Origin: a virus
Reading direction: 5' to 3' (one strand)
IMG/VR virus record: IMGVR_UViG_3300027690_000123
Coordinates: 49,991-113,990 of that record
DNA: 64,000 nucleotides
A program made the position numbers and the translations under genes. The notes under the pieces are model-generated. The model saw only the letters and a program-made list of their open reading frames with translations, did no database searches and was not told the DNA's origin. Below, piece by piece: positions 9,422 through 19,089 of this stretch; the first letter of the stretch is position 1, and every line of letters starts with the position of its first letter.

Positions 9422-9453
9422 GATCGCCGCGGCTACTGAGATAAGCGTTGGGC
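9390..9453 (+). repeat. attC site 8
   Basis: GCCGAAC...TCTTCAGCAGACCGCGG...CCGCGGCTACTGAGATAAGCGTTGGGC. Confidence 0.9.
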
Positions 9454-9470
9454 TAACAAAAGAGGTTGTC

Positions 9471-10283
9471 ATGAGAATACTTATCACTTCAATTTGTGCG
9501 TTTCTTTTGCTTAATGGAAGTGCGTTTTCAGGTGACAAATTCATAAAAGCTGAATTTGTGAGTTTTGTAGGCGTTGAACAATTTTCTAACGTAATAAAGC
9601 GAACTGTTTTTTGTGTCCAAACCAAAGGAAACCAAGACGACAATAATCCTAATAATGATTGGGTACCCCTTGGTACCGGCTTCTTGGTCAAATGTGATAA
9701 TGGGATTATTTACGGCGTCACTTGCAAGCACGTTATTTCAAAGACAATTGAAAAAAAAGAGACTGTCTATGCCGCTATCGAAACCGATAAAGGTTTTAAA
9801 CGATCACGTTGTCTGATTGATCACATAGATAGTACTTGTGATTTCGCTATTCTTAGTCCTCAAAAGGAAAAAAATGAAGACTTTAAATTAGAAAATTTGA
9901 CGTTTACTCTAGATAATTTTGCATCCAACGATGAACTGATTGAAGGTCGCGCTCTAATTATACCGGGCTATCCTCTTGGAATTGGCACCATAGGTGATGA
10001 AAATCATCCTGTGATTCGAATGGGTATCATTGCGCAGTACTCTAAAAAAGATTTTTTTCTAATTGATGGAATCGCGAGCCATGGGAATAGCGGGTCTCCT
10101 GTTTTTCTTCTTAATGAAAAGAAAGTTGCAGGAATCCTAACTTCCCACGTTTCGGACTATATAAGCCTGATGGATGAGAATGGGCAACTTTCAGCGAGGC
10201 TTCCTTATAACTCGGGAATCGGCAGAGCCTATGTGATGGAAAAGATACATAATGTGCTTAAAGAATTGGGCGCACCAAAATAA
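9471..10283 (+). CDS. Secreted trypsin-like serine protease
   Basis: Signal peptide; triad motifs VTCKHV, CDFAIL, GNSGSPVF. Confidence 0.88.
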   Translation: MRILITSICAFLLLNGSAFSGDKFIKAEFVSFVGVEQFSNVIKRTVFCVQTKGNQDDNNPNNDWVPLGTGFLVKCDNGIIYGVTCKHVISKTIEKKETVYAAIETDKGFKRSRCLIDHIDSTCDFAILSPQKEKNEDFKLENLTFTLDNFASNDELIEGRALIIPGYPLGIGTIGDENHPVIRMGIIAQYSKKDFFLIDGIASHGNSGSPVFLLNEKKVAGILTSHVSDYISLMDENGQLSARLPYNSGIGRAYVMEKIHNVLKELGAPK

Positions 10284-10286
10284 TTG

Positions 10287-10347
10287 ATCCAACCCATCGC
10301 TCACGGGGACGGCGAGGACCATGCCGCCCGGCAGCTTTTTGTTGGGG
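10287..10347 (+). repeat. attC site 9
   Basis: ATCCAAC...GGGGACGGCGAGGACCATGCCGCCC...GTTGGGG. Confidence 0.8.
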
Positions 10348-10354
10348 CAAGAGA

Positions 10355-11248
10355 ATGACTGACTCAAAGACAAAGATGACAAAGTTGACCTCGCTCGCAG
10401 TGAAACTTACTGCTTACGTTGGCACCTTGCTGGAGGTGAGAACCCGCTGTCCCGAATGGGACACCCATCAAAATGCATGGCGGCATGATCAGAAGGAAGA
10501 TGACGTTACGCTCTTCCTACTCCTCAAGCTGGCAGGCGCTGCCAGTGCAACCAACGCCATGCTCGCATTGGCACGTTGCGGCTTCTGGTTTGAAGCGGCC
10601 GTTTTGGCGCGCACGGTGTACGACGCAAGCCTTTCGATTGCGTTCATGCTGCCGACACCAGACATGGCAGCGGGAGGTTGGCCCTCCGAAAAGCAGAAGG
10701 AGCGCCTGCGGGATTTTGCGGCAGAGACTTGGGACAATCCAGAACGTCCCTTTGAGGAGCCCCGGCAGCGGTCGCAGATCCAGATCAAAGACATGAAAGC
10801 CGCTCTTGGCAAGTTCCAATCGAAAAGCGAGGAGATGAACCCCCATGATGCAGGGCAAGTCGCTCTGCAGATGATGCGGTTCCTTTCTGATTACACCCAC
10901 ATGGCATACCCGCGCCTGATGGAACTTCTCGAAGCGGGGCATGGCTACCGGTTGAACGGAGAACAGTCAGTATCCACTTTCGGTATGAGCGGCATTTCGG
11001 GTGCTCTCCTCTATTTTGCTCAAACCGCAGATTCGGTGGCTCTTCTCCTCGGCCGTCAATTGACGCTCTGCTATGAGCATGCAAAGGCAAATGCCCCCGG
11101 CGATATCGCTGAGAAATTCGGCAAGAAGGCGACAACCGTTTCCGAGATTCAGGACACACTCTCTGTTTTATCCTCGGAGATTGAAGCCATCGCCATTAAT
11201 GACTCGGCTTCACATAAGGAAGTCCTTCGAAGATTCAAAGGGAAATGA
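10355..11248 (+). CDS. Helical hypothetical protein, possible HEPN/DUF5677-like RNase
   Basis: All-helical; EAAVLARTVYD and RFLSDYTH motifs reminiscent of HEPN-type families. Confidence 0.4.
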   Translation: MTDSKTKMTKLTSLAVKLTAYVGTLLEVRTRCPEWDTHQNAWRHDQKEDDVTLFLLLKLAGAASATNAMLALARCGFWFEAAVLARTVYDASLSIAFMLPTPDMAAGGWPSEKQKERLRDFAAETWDNPERPFEEPRQRSQIQIKDMKAALGKFQSKSEEMNPHDAGQVALQMMRFLSDYTHMAYPRLMELLEAGHGYRLNGEQSVSTFGMSGISGALLYFAQTADSVALLLGRQLTLCYEHAKANAPGDIAEKFGKKATTVSEIQDTLSVLSSEIEAIAINDSASHKEVLRRFKGK

Positions 11249-11255
11249 CATGGAG

Positions 11256-11381
11256 CCCCAACATTGCGCTTCAGCACACAGCCATGGCCGTGGCATTTTG
11301 GACCGGATTAAGTAGCATGAAATTAAACGTATTTTTCAAGTTCAGTGGAATCCCTGGCTGCTGCTGAACTCGACGTTATGT
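11256..11381 (+). repeat. attC site 10 (long, ~126 bp)
   Basis: CCCCAAC..GCTTCAGCA...CAGCCA / TGGCTGCTGCTGAACTCGACGTTATGT with a long variable loop. Confidence 0.88.
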
Positions 11382-11390
11382 CTCTCGATT

Positions 11391-11954
11391 GTGACGGATT
11401 TAATGAAAATTTCAGATTTAACTAAGACTCTTGAAAAACATCTGTCCTATAATCGATGGGAATTTCTGTACCAATACGCTACCAAAGCACTTGATCAAGA
11501 TATAGACCGCTTTCATAAACTAGACGAGAAAATCTCCAAGTTCATAACCCTCGTGACGATTATCATAAGTGTTTTTGTCGCCGCTATACCTTTTGTATTT
11601 AAAAATCATTTTCCTCCAAACCATCCCTTAGAGTGGTTATTGATTATCCTCCTATTTTTGACGTTCATATCTTTGTGTTCCCTATGGAGCTTCTTGTTTA
11701 GAGGACTTAGATTGCAAAATGTTCCTCGAATGCCATTCAATCAAGAAATCATCGAGCTGTTTAAAAAAAATCAGAATGAGAGCACTATCTTTTTTTCTCT
11801 CACAAAATCTTGCCTTAACGCATTCGAGCAAAACAAAGAAATAAATTCAAAAAAAGTGTATCATTTGAATATGGCCTATGATGATACCGTTTATGCTTCA
11901 TCCTTAATTGTAGCGGATCTATTCATTATTGCAATTTTACAAATAATCAAATGA
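11391..11954 (+). CDS. Three-TM membrane protein (Pycsar-effector-like topology)
   Basis: LDEK before TM1, a TM pair, and a C-terminal TM after an N-x-x-K motif. Confidence 0.55.
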   Translation: MTDLMKISDLTKTLEKHLSYNRWEFLYQYATKALDQDIDRFHKLDEKISKFITLVTIIISVFVAAIPFVFKNHFPPNHPLEWLLIILLFLTFISLCSLWSFLFRGLRLQNVPRMPFNQEIIELFKKNQNESTIFFSLTKSCLNAFEQNKEINSKKVYHLNMAYDDTVYASSLIVADLFIIAILQIIK

Positions 11955-11967
11955 AAGGAGAACTATA

Positions 11968-12129
11968 ATGACTGACCCCAAAGAAAATCCAGAAACAAGT
12001 CAGGAAACCCCAGATACGAGTCGTCCAGATTTCGATGTCGCCCCTCCTGATATAGAGTATGTACAAAACGACTATAAACCCGACTTAGACACCAGTACTG
12101 AAATTTTGAGTGGAGAGAGAAAGAAGTAA
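11968..12129 (+). CDS. 53-aa acidic proline-rich peptide (not in ORF track)
   Basis: AAAGGAG RBS; MTDPKENPETSQETPDTSRPDFDVAPPDIEYVQNDYKPDLDTSTEILSGERKK; fills the cassette up to attC11. Confidence 0.65.
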   Translation: MTDPKENPETSQETPDTSRPDFDVAPPDIEYVQNDYKPDLDTSTEILSGERKK

Positions 12130-12134
12130 TATAG

Positions 12135-12196
12135 ACATAACCTTTGGTTGGTGAGGGACCGCTGGGGGATCGCGGCCCCACAACCAACCGTTATGC
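12135..12196 (+). repeat. attC site 11
   Basis: ACATAAC..TGGTTGGTGAGGGACCGC...GCGGCCCCACAACCAACCGTTATGC. Confidence 0.9.
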
Positions 12197-12245
12197 TTTA
12201 GAGCAAAAAAATGGTAAGTGTTTAAATAATTGTTGAATTTTACGA

Positions 12246-13865
12246 ATGAAAAAGCATGGAAAAAATAAAATTGGACGCAATGATCCCTGTCCATGTGGTA
12301 GTGGAGTAAAGTACAAAAAGTGCCATGGTAAGCATACAGAACATAGGGGACCTCTTAGTTCTGATCAAATCAATAAACTCACGGAATCATATGTGGCCGA
12401 GGAGGTTCGGCGGAAAAGTCAGCAAGGTAAAGGCAGACCTATCATATCAACAGAATTTAAAGGTTATCGGTTAACAGCCGTTGGTAACAGATTACATTAT
12501 TCAAAGAAACATAAGACATTTATTGATTTTCTTGGGAGTTACATCCGCAGTGTTCTCAGCCCGGAGTGGGAAAATTCTGAGATCTCAAAGTCTTTGGAAA
12601 AGCGGCACCAAATTTCAAAGTGGTATGATGCGATTTGTGCACTTCAAAGAGCAACAATGAAAAAACCTCCTGGCGAAATTCAAGATATGCCAATAAATGG
12701 ACTAATATGTTGCTACTACGGTCTGGCATATAATTTGTATCTATTGCAGCACAATGCTGAACTCCAACAATACCTTATAAACCGAATAAAACGATCAGAA
12801 AGCTTCTATGCTGCTTACTATGAGACTTTTGTGGCTGCCTGGTTTATTCTTGCCGGATTTAGTTTGCGTATAGAAGATGAAAAAGATTCTTCTTCAACGC
12901 ATCCCGAGTTTATAGCAACAAGGAACGGCAAAAGCTATTCTGTCGAGGCGAAGTCACGTCAGTTCGGAAAAGATCATTTCGACATTGGGAACCAACTATA
13001 TAACGGTCTTTGTAAAGAGGCTCACCACCAAAGAGTAATTTTTGTTGACATGAATGTGGATGCAAATTTGGATTATGAGGATTTTCGCGACCGGGCATTA
13101 GCTGCTGTTCATGATCGAGAATCGAGACTCACTGTACACGGCCAACCAGCCTCGCCCGCATTTGTATTTTTAACAAATCAACCGTATCACTTATTGCTGA
13201 ATGAAACGCAAATACAGCGGGTATGCCTTTTGGCTGGATTTAAGATTCCAGATTTTGGACATGGCGTTCGTTGTAGCTCATATACAGAGGCTTATAAAAC
13301 TCGCTTAAAGTACTGTGATTTATTAGATGTACAAAAGGCGATGGAGAATTATCGTTTTCCAGTTACATTTGACGGTGAAGTTCCTGAATTTGCATTTGGT
13401 GATGCAAAACGGCGATTTAGTATTGGCGAACGCTTAGAAATTTCAGACGCAACATTCGTAACAATACAATCGGGTATAGTCATCGAGAAAGAGCAAAAAG
13501 CTTGTCTCGTAGTCGATGATTGTAATGGACAGAGCCACTTAATGTTTGTGAAGCTGTCTATAGCTGAATTAGCTGCATATAGATCACATCCAGAAACTTT
13601 TTTCGGACGAGTATTGCAGGCTTCTAATCATATAGAAGATCCAGTGGATTTGTATGAGTTTTATATTAATAGCTGTAAAGATACACCACGTGATAAGCTA
13701 TTAGATTTCATGAAAAATGCCTCTGATTATGAAACAATAAAAAAACTGGCTAATGATGAACTATTATTCGTATATGCTGAAAGACTGACTTTTAATGCAG
13801 TACGTGAAAACGAAATAGAAAGGCATAACAAAGGTCTTCAGGCGACTCGGCCCCTTCGCACCTGA
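12246..13865 (+). CDS. SEC-C motif protein with a putative PD-(D/E)XK domain
   Basis: GRNDPCPCGSGVKYKKCHG; PEFIA...SVEAKSR. Confidence 0.75.
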   Translation: MKKHGKNKIGRNDPCPCGSGVKYKKCHGKHTEHRGPLSSDQINKLTESYVAEEVRRKSQQGKGRPIISTEFKGYRLTAVGNRLHYSKKHKTFIDFLGSYIRSVLSPEWENSEISKSLEKRHQISKWYDAICALQRATMKKPPGEIQDMPINGLICCYYGLAYNLYLLQHNAELQQYLINRIKRSESFYAAYYETFVAAWFILAGFSLRIEDEKDSSSTHPEFIATRNGKSYSVEAKSRQFGKDHFDIGNQLYNGLCKEAHHQRVIFVDMNVDANLDYEDFRDRALAAVHDRESRLTVHGQPASPAFVFLTNQPYHLLLNETQIQRVCLLAGFKIPDFGHGVRCSSYTEAYKTRLKYCDLLDVQKAMENYRFPVTFDGEVPEFAFGDAKRRFSIGERLEISDATFVTIQSGIVIEKEQKACLVVDDCNGQSHLMFVKLSIAELAAYRSHPETFFGRVLQASNHIEDPVDLYEFYINSCKDTPRDKLLDFMKNASDYETIKKLANDELLFVYAERLTFNAVRENEIERHNKGLQATRPLRT

Positions 13866-13880
13866 GACCTGCCGTAGGGC
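13823..13880 (+). repeat. attC site 12 (R' GTAGGGC, mutated)
   Basis: GCATAAC..AGGTCTTCAGGCGA...TCGCACCTGAGACCT..GTAGGGC. Confidence 0.8.
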
Positions 13881-14038
13881 AATACATAGAGGACTGAAAG
13901 TATAAAAATATACATTGGCAATCGATTTCGAAGTTCGAACGGACGTTTTTTATTATGTCTATTGGGACAACTAAACTTTGTTCGGCGTGGCTTAAATGAA
14001 CTCTTGACAAGTTATTAAACGTTCAGGGTGGTGGGAAC

Positions 14039-14656
14039 ATGAAGAATATGTTAAGAAGAATGGGATTTACCAAAGAGGGTAAATTGATGCGGTCTGCAGC
14101 AACCGGAAATTTGAAAAAGGTTGTTCATTTATTGGGGACCGGCTGTGACCCAAATTCGATAACAAATAATGGCTATACTGCCTTAATGGGATCTGCAATG
14201 AACGGTCATATAGATATAGTAGAGGTCTTATTGAATGCTGGAGCAGATCCAAATATTGCTTATCAAGATGGTCGGACAGCCATTTTTGGGGCAGTCCAAG
14301 GCGGGTATTATGAAATTGTAAAAATGCTTTTGGACCGAGGTGCTGAGATCAATATTCACGAATACAATGAAGGGCAAACCCCATTACATTTCGCCGTTCA
14401 TGGAAATCATTTAGATTTAGTTGAGTTATTAGTTGATCATGGAGCAGATATCGAGGCTGGCGAAAAGAGGGGTGGGTTCTCGCCTCTATTTTTTGCAATT
14501 TTAGGTGGTCATTCAAAATCTGTCGATGCACTTCTTAAGCTCGGAGCAGACCCAAATGCTAAAGGCAATGAGGGGGAAAGACCTGCAGAATTGGCATTAA
14601 AATTGGGGTATGATGAAATAGCGAGTATGTTATTCACGAAAGAAATTACGGACTAA
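14039..14656 (+). CDS. Ankyrin-repeat protein (about 5 repeats)
   Basis: GYTALM, GRTAIF, GQTPLHFA, GFSPLFFA, GERPAELA repeats. Confidence 0.92.
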   Translation: MKNMLRRMGFTKEGKLMRSAATGNLKKVVHLLGTGCDPNSITNNGYTALMGSAMNGHIDIVEVLLNAGADPNIAYQDGRTAIFGAVQGGYYEIVKMLLDRGAEINIHEYNEGQTPLHFAVHGNHLDLVELLVDHGADIEAGEKRGGFSPLFFAILGGHSKSVDALLKLGADPNAKGNEGERPAELALKLGYDEIASMLFTKEITD

Positions 14657-14912
14657 TTTTTGATTTAAGACAGTCGGACAAGGTTGCTTTAACCGGATAC
14701 CGTTCAGTGCCTTCGATGATCTCTTGATAGTTAATTTAATCGGCTGCGCCGAACCTGTAATTCCATCTGACGCGGTATAGCTTGGCACTTGCACGCCGGA
14801 TTATCAGGATTATTTAATGCAGCCCCGCCGCGTTCACGGGGGCGTCGAGGACCATACCAGCCCCACAGCACCCGACGTCATATTTTCCCATATCGTTGTA
14901 AAAAGGAAGGTC

Positions 14913-15236
14913 ATGAAAGAACATTTGCTCATTGAGTTGGAACAGGATTTATTAGGAAAGTTGGTAAATGAAGCAAAAGCTAAAGATCAAAGTATATCAA
15001 GCTTTATTAGCTCAGTCCTTTCTATGTTTTTTCGGGCTGGTGGAAAAATTGACCTTCTCGCCTATCCGATGAGACCCGTGGGAACAGATCTTGATGGATA
15101 TCTAAAGGGAATAGAGAGATCTGAAATACTGCGAGCAATAGAGCAATCAGAATCAAAAAGCAATGCGGCTGATTTGCTCGGAATCACTTTCCGTTCTCAA
15201 AGGTACCGGTGCAGTGAGCACAAAATTGATACATAA
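14913..15236 (+). CDS. Small regulator: RHH-like N-terminus plus Fis-type HTH
   Basis: IELEQDLLGKLVNEAK...SISSFIS; ERSEILRAIEQSESKSNAADLLGITFRSQRYR. Confidence 0.6.
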   Translation: MKEHLLIELEQDLLGKLVNEAKAKDQSISSFISSVLSMFFRAGGKIDLLAYPMRPVGTDLDGYLKGIERSEILRAIEQSESKSNAADLLGITFRSQRYRCSEHKIDT

Positions 15237-15248
15237 TATATCGATATA

Positions 15249-15314
15249 ATATAACATTTACCTTTACGCGGACGCGAGGAAGCCCGCCGCGGCCCCTGAA
15301 GATGGCCGTTAAGC
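15249..15314 (+). repeat. attC site 13
   Basis: ATATAAC..CTTTACGCGGACGCG...CGCCGCGGCCCCTGAAGATGGCCGTTAAGC. Confidence 0.8.
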
Positions 15315-15337
15315 TATGCGACAGGAGGAGAGCTGAA

Positions 15338-17026
15338 ATGAGATTCCAGACAACAACTAGACCACTACGTGACCTCGTTCGTGATTTCCACGCCGGTGCG
15401 ATTCTCTTGCCTCAATTCCAACGAGATTATGTATGGAAGGCTGCGAAAGTGCGTAATCTTCTGGATTCTTTGTTAAAGGGGTTTCCCATTGGAGGGTTCT
15501 ATTTGTGGCGCCCAGCAAGCGGTATGCTTGACGCTAAAGCAAAAACTCACGGTGAACAGCGTTTTGCCCCACAATTCGAAGGATATCTTATCGATGGTCA
15601 ACAGCGACTTACCAGTCTGGAGGCGTCGTATGGCCTATATACAGGGGAAGACACGCAGGGTGCTGAACTACGGTGTTATCTGGACCTCTCCGCGCCTGAT
15701 ATAAAGGAAGTAAGGGACACAAGACTATTCGTATCATATGCCGGTAAAAAGTCCATTGCTCGCCGAGTTGAGGCCGGTGATTCCACACTCATTCCTGTGT
15801 CACTTCTCTTTGATGGCCAGAACTACGAACTCCGAAAAATTACTGAGGAGGCATTACGTTTACTTCCAAATTGGAATTCCAAGAGAGTTGAAGATGCCTT
15901 GGAACGGCTCGACCGATCCTTTGGTATGCTTGACCAACAGGTTCCGTGTACTACGGTCATTGATGTTTCGGACAAAGAAGCAGTCGAGGTTTTCAGTCGT
16001 CTTAATAAAGGAGGAAGCGCTCTAAGACAGGGAGACGTGCGCGCTGCTGAACTTGCACGCGGGCGTGCGGTGGATGTATTGAAGCGTATGAGGGATTTCG
16101 TGAGCGGGGAACGCCCGCAGCGGTTAGGGTTTGGTTTTTCATTTGCGTTCCGAGCTTTAGTTCTTTTTCATCGTGGATCAGCGCAATTCAGTACTCTAAA
16201 ACACAACTGGATGGAAGCACCCGGCCCTAACGGTCAGTCTCTCGACCTGTCTTGGCGAGATGCCGAACGTGCTATCGAAAAAGCTCTTGAATTCGTTGAT
16301 ACTTCTATGGGTTGGTCTCGGAGAACATTGGTCCCATCGGCAAATGCCGTTATAATTTTAGCTGCGGCATTCGACAAATCGGAGGGCAGACTAAACGCCG
16401 ATGATAAACAAGCATATCGGCGATGGCTATGCCTGACATCTTTACGTGGCGTTTTCCAAGGTTCCGTTGAAAGCACTATCAATCGATTTCAGCGTGCAAT
16501 TCGGAACAAGAGGACGGAGCTTCCAAAAGCTCTGCTTGAGGCATTAAGACGCGATGAAGCGAGAAAAATTCGATCAGAAGAACTCAACCGATATGCGCAA
16601 CTCTGGGGTCCTGCTACACAAGTTATTCACGCTTGGCTTGTAAACCAGAAAGCCAAGGACTGGCTCAGTACGGAGCCTATCGATGATATTGCTCGTGGCG
16701 GCACACCAAGTCTCCCCGTTGGGGACCTCACTGTTCACCATATTTTTCCACGAAAGCTTCTTACTGAGGTAGTTGATAATCCAGATAAGGCGAATTGTCC
16801 GGCAAATTTCGCCTTGCTAAGCCGGCCGACCAACTCTGAATTTGGAGCCAAGCCACCCGACGAGGTATTGGCAATGCTTACCCCAGACCAGCGGAAAACC
16901 GCCGGTATCCAGTTTTTCGGGGAAGCTGCTGGAGACCGCCTCAAGCCGGACCGTTACAGCGAGTTCTGTGAATGGCGAGCTGGGCGTCTGGCCGACTCAA
17001 TAAATGATTGGCTTGGATTGGTATAA
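15338..17026 (+). CDS. gmrSD: GmrSD-family type IV restriction enzyme (DUF262 + DUF1524/HNH)
   Basis: LPQFQRDYVW, LIDGQQRLTSL, FSRLNKGG, VHHIFP, NFALL; ATG 15338 after AGGAGG. Confidence 0.85.
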   Translation: MRFQTTTRPLRDLVRDFHAGAILLPQFQRDYVWKAAKVRNLLDSLLKGFPIGGFYLWRPASGMLDAKAKTHGEQRFAPQFEGYLIDGQQRLTSLEASYGLYTGEDTQGAELRCYLDLSAPDIKEVRDTRLFVSYAGKKSIARRVEAGDSTLIPVSLLFDGQNYELRKITEEALRLLPNWNSKRVEDALERLDRSFGMLDQQVPCTTVIDVSDKEAVEVFSRLNKGGSALRQGDVRAAELARGRAVDVLKRMRDFVSGERPQRLGFGFSFAFRALVLFHRGSAQFSTLKHNWMEAPGPNGQSLDLSWRDAERAIEKALEFVDTSMGWSRRTLVPSANAVIILAAAFDKSEGRLNADDKQAYRRWLCLTSLRGVFQGSVESTINRFQRAIRNKRTELPKALLEALRRDEARKIRSEELNRYAQLWGPATQVIHAWLVNQKAKDWLSTEPIDDIARGGTPSLPVGDLTVHHIFPRKLLTEVVDNPDKANCPANFALLSRPTNSEFGAKPPDEVLAMLTPDQRKTAGIQFFGEAAGDRLKPDRYSEFCEWRAGRLADSINDWLGLV

Positions 17027-17039
17027 AACTCGATTTATC

Positions 17040-17118
17040 CAGTAACCAAAATACCCGAAAAACGAATACACTCGGACGCGCGAAAGCCCGCCAGACGCAT
17101 TGCAGAAACCCGTTAGTA
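17040..17118 (+). repeat. attC site 14 (degenerate)
   Basis: CGGACGCGCGAAAGCCCGCC shared with attC13; R' GTTAGTA. Confidence 0.55.
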
Positions 17119-17134
17119 TAAGGATTAATACGTA

Positions 17135-18319
17135 TTGATGAAGTTTGAATTTATAAGAGATAAAATATGTAATGAATTTGGGCGGGATCCATTTTCAAAA
17201 TCGGAGTCATGGAACCTGATTAAAAAACGTATTCCAGAAAATCATTGGTCATTCTTGGTTGACCGATCTGGTGCAGACGGATTTCGTAATTATTTGCCTT
17301 CTATTTTTCCTGCCGATCGATTTTATAGCGATGAAGAGGCACAAACATGTTGGGAACGGATTGGTAATTTCTATAAAAACCAGTTTCGCTGGCACGAAGC
17401 CATATCCATCTATTTGTCGCTTTATTATCAACTCCTTGATGCACAAAATTTCGAACAAAAAAGAATTCGGAAAGGCACTCCGCTAGTTTGGATTAGTGAT
17501 TGTTATGCTTCTATGGGGTTTCCAGTACTCTCTAAAAGACACTTAATGCTTGCACTTTGCGAAAATGCCATCCATGAAAAAGGTATTGTTCCGCCAGATA
17601 CTACCGGAACATACTGGCGACTAGTTTTCCGCCATGGCTTACCTCATTCTGAAGTTCAGCGCTACGGTGCGCGTGCATATGAACTCTCAAATCAAAATCA
17701 GCCTGCTGCATTTTTCCCAGAATGGGTTGTTCAGGAACTTGATAATAATTGGATGACTGAAATACCCTCTCCAGCAGAAGCAGGTGTCTGGGTGGTAAAT
17801 GTACAATATGTTAAGATGCTTATGTCAAAATTCGGGGATAAAAAGGGTGAAAATCTGGAGAAACTATCTGAATACCTTATGTCGTGCATGCCTGGTTGCC
17901 GAACATACAGACGACTGAAAACGGAGTCAACGGACTATGATGTAATTTGCTCAATGGAAGGTTTCGAAGTTGATTTTCGATCTGATTTTGGACGTTATTT
18001 TGTTTGTGAATGCAAGGACTGGTCAAAACCCGCAGATTTTACGACGATTGCAAAATTCTGCCGCGTTCTTGATTCTGTAAAGTCAAAATTTGGAATACTA
18101 TTTTCAAAGCGTGGAATTTCTGGCCATGGAAAATCCAAATATGCCGAACGTGAATTGATAAAGGTTTTCCAAGACAGAGGCATGGTAATTATTGTTCTCA
18201 ATGAAGAAGATTTAAATACAGTTGCGAATGGGATGAATTTTGTTAATATGTTACGCATAAAATATGAAACGATTAGGCTTGATTTGAAAAGTTATAGAGA
18301 AGGGAAAAGCGACTGCTAA
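17135..18319 (+). CDS. Mrr-like restriction endonuclease (C-terminal PD-(D/E)XK)
   Basis: DYDVIC...FVCECKDWSKPAD...KFGILFS. Confidence 0.75.
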   Translation: MMKFEFIRDKICNEFGRDPFSKSESWNLIKKRIPENHWSFLVDRSGADGFRNYLPSIFPADRFYSDEEAQTCWERIGNFYKNQFRWHEAISIYLSLYYQLLDAQNFEQKRIRKGTPLVWISDCYASMGFPVLSKRHLMLALCENAIHEKGIVPPDTTGTYWRLVFRHGLPHSEVQRYGARAYELSNQNQPAAFFPEWVVQELDNNWMTEIPSPAEAGVWVVNVQYVKMLMSKFGDKKGENLEKLSEYLMSCMPGCRTYRRLKTESTDYDVICSMEGFEVDFRSDFGRYFVCECKDWSKPADFTTIAKFCRVLDSVKSKFGILFSKRGISGHGKSKYAERELIKVFQDRGMVIIVLNEEDLNTVANGMNFVNMLRIKYETIRLDLKSYREGKSDC

Positions 18320-18406
18320 CCACCGGCTGTTGGCGGAAGCCGAGAGCAGCGCATTTCCATTTGTAGAAACACTGGGCGCCGGCGCCGCGCGGCCCGAACG
18401 TTATTC
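18314..18406 (+). repeat. attC site 15
   Basis: TGCTAAC...GGCCCGAACGTTATTC with a long loop. Confidence 0.75.
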
Positions 18407-18420
18407 CGAAGAGAGAGACC

Positions 18421-19053
18421 ATGAAATGCCTTGGGCGCACAAAAGCATCTAATTTTTGCAAACGATGCACGAGGGAAACTCCGTTCTTGCTTTGTTGGCA
18501 ACATGCCTGGCAGCCGTTTGCAGCAATTGTAGCAATTATAGTATTCTTAGCCGCCATAGCTGAATTCTCAGGATTTACTCTTCGTGATATTTTATCAAAG
18601 ACGAATCATCTATCAAATTTTAACGAAAAAACTAATAGCTCAGATAGAAATCGATACGATAAGTCTGTCCCCAAACGAGAAGGAAATGATGTGCTTGTGC
18701 CATTGATCATACTTCAAGCGATTCCAGATTTTAACAAAACAAAGACTGTATATGCCGCCACATATAAGAACAATTGGTTAAATATCTCTAACCCAGAAGC
18801 TCAATCAGATTTTCTCGAATCCTCGATTTTAAAAAGGGAGGGCAATGTATGGCGTGCCATTGGGCTAGCAGGTACACGTTTTCACCCAGTTCAATTGAAA
18901 AATCCTAATTTAAAAACGAATAAGTTTAAACCAGGCAATCTGTCGTGGCTTCGCATCGAGGATTTGCCGCGTGTTTACGGGGTCACATGGGAAAGGTTTT
19001 CAAGGGAATTTATCGATTCAAATCCTCCTGGCCCATGCTTCTTAATAAGATGA
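18421..19053 (+). CDS. Membrane protein: N-terminal Cys/His finger, TM helix and an unrecognised C-terminal domain
   Basis: CLGRTKASNFC...CWQH; TM helix; C-terminal domain paralogous to 19090..19500. Confidence 0.7.
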   Translation: MKCLGRTKASNFCKRCTRETPFLLCWQHAWQPFAAIVAIIVFLAAIAEFSGFTLRDILSKTNHLSNFNEKTNSSDRNRYDKSVPKREGNDVLVPLIILQAIPDFNKTKTVYAATYKNNWLNISNPEAQSDFLESSILKREGNVWRAIGLAGTRFHPVQLKNPNLKTNKFKPGNLSWLRIEDLPRVYGVTWERFSREFIDSNPPGPCFLIR

Positions 19054-19089
19054 CCATTCACCAATATCTTATTTGAAAAGGATGATGGA

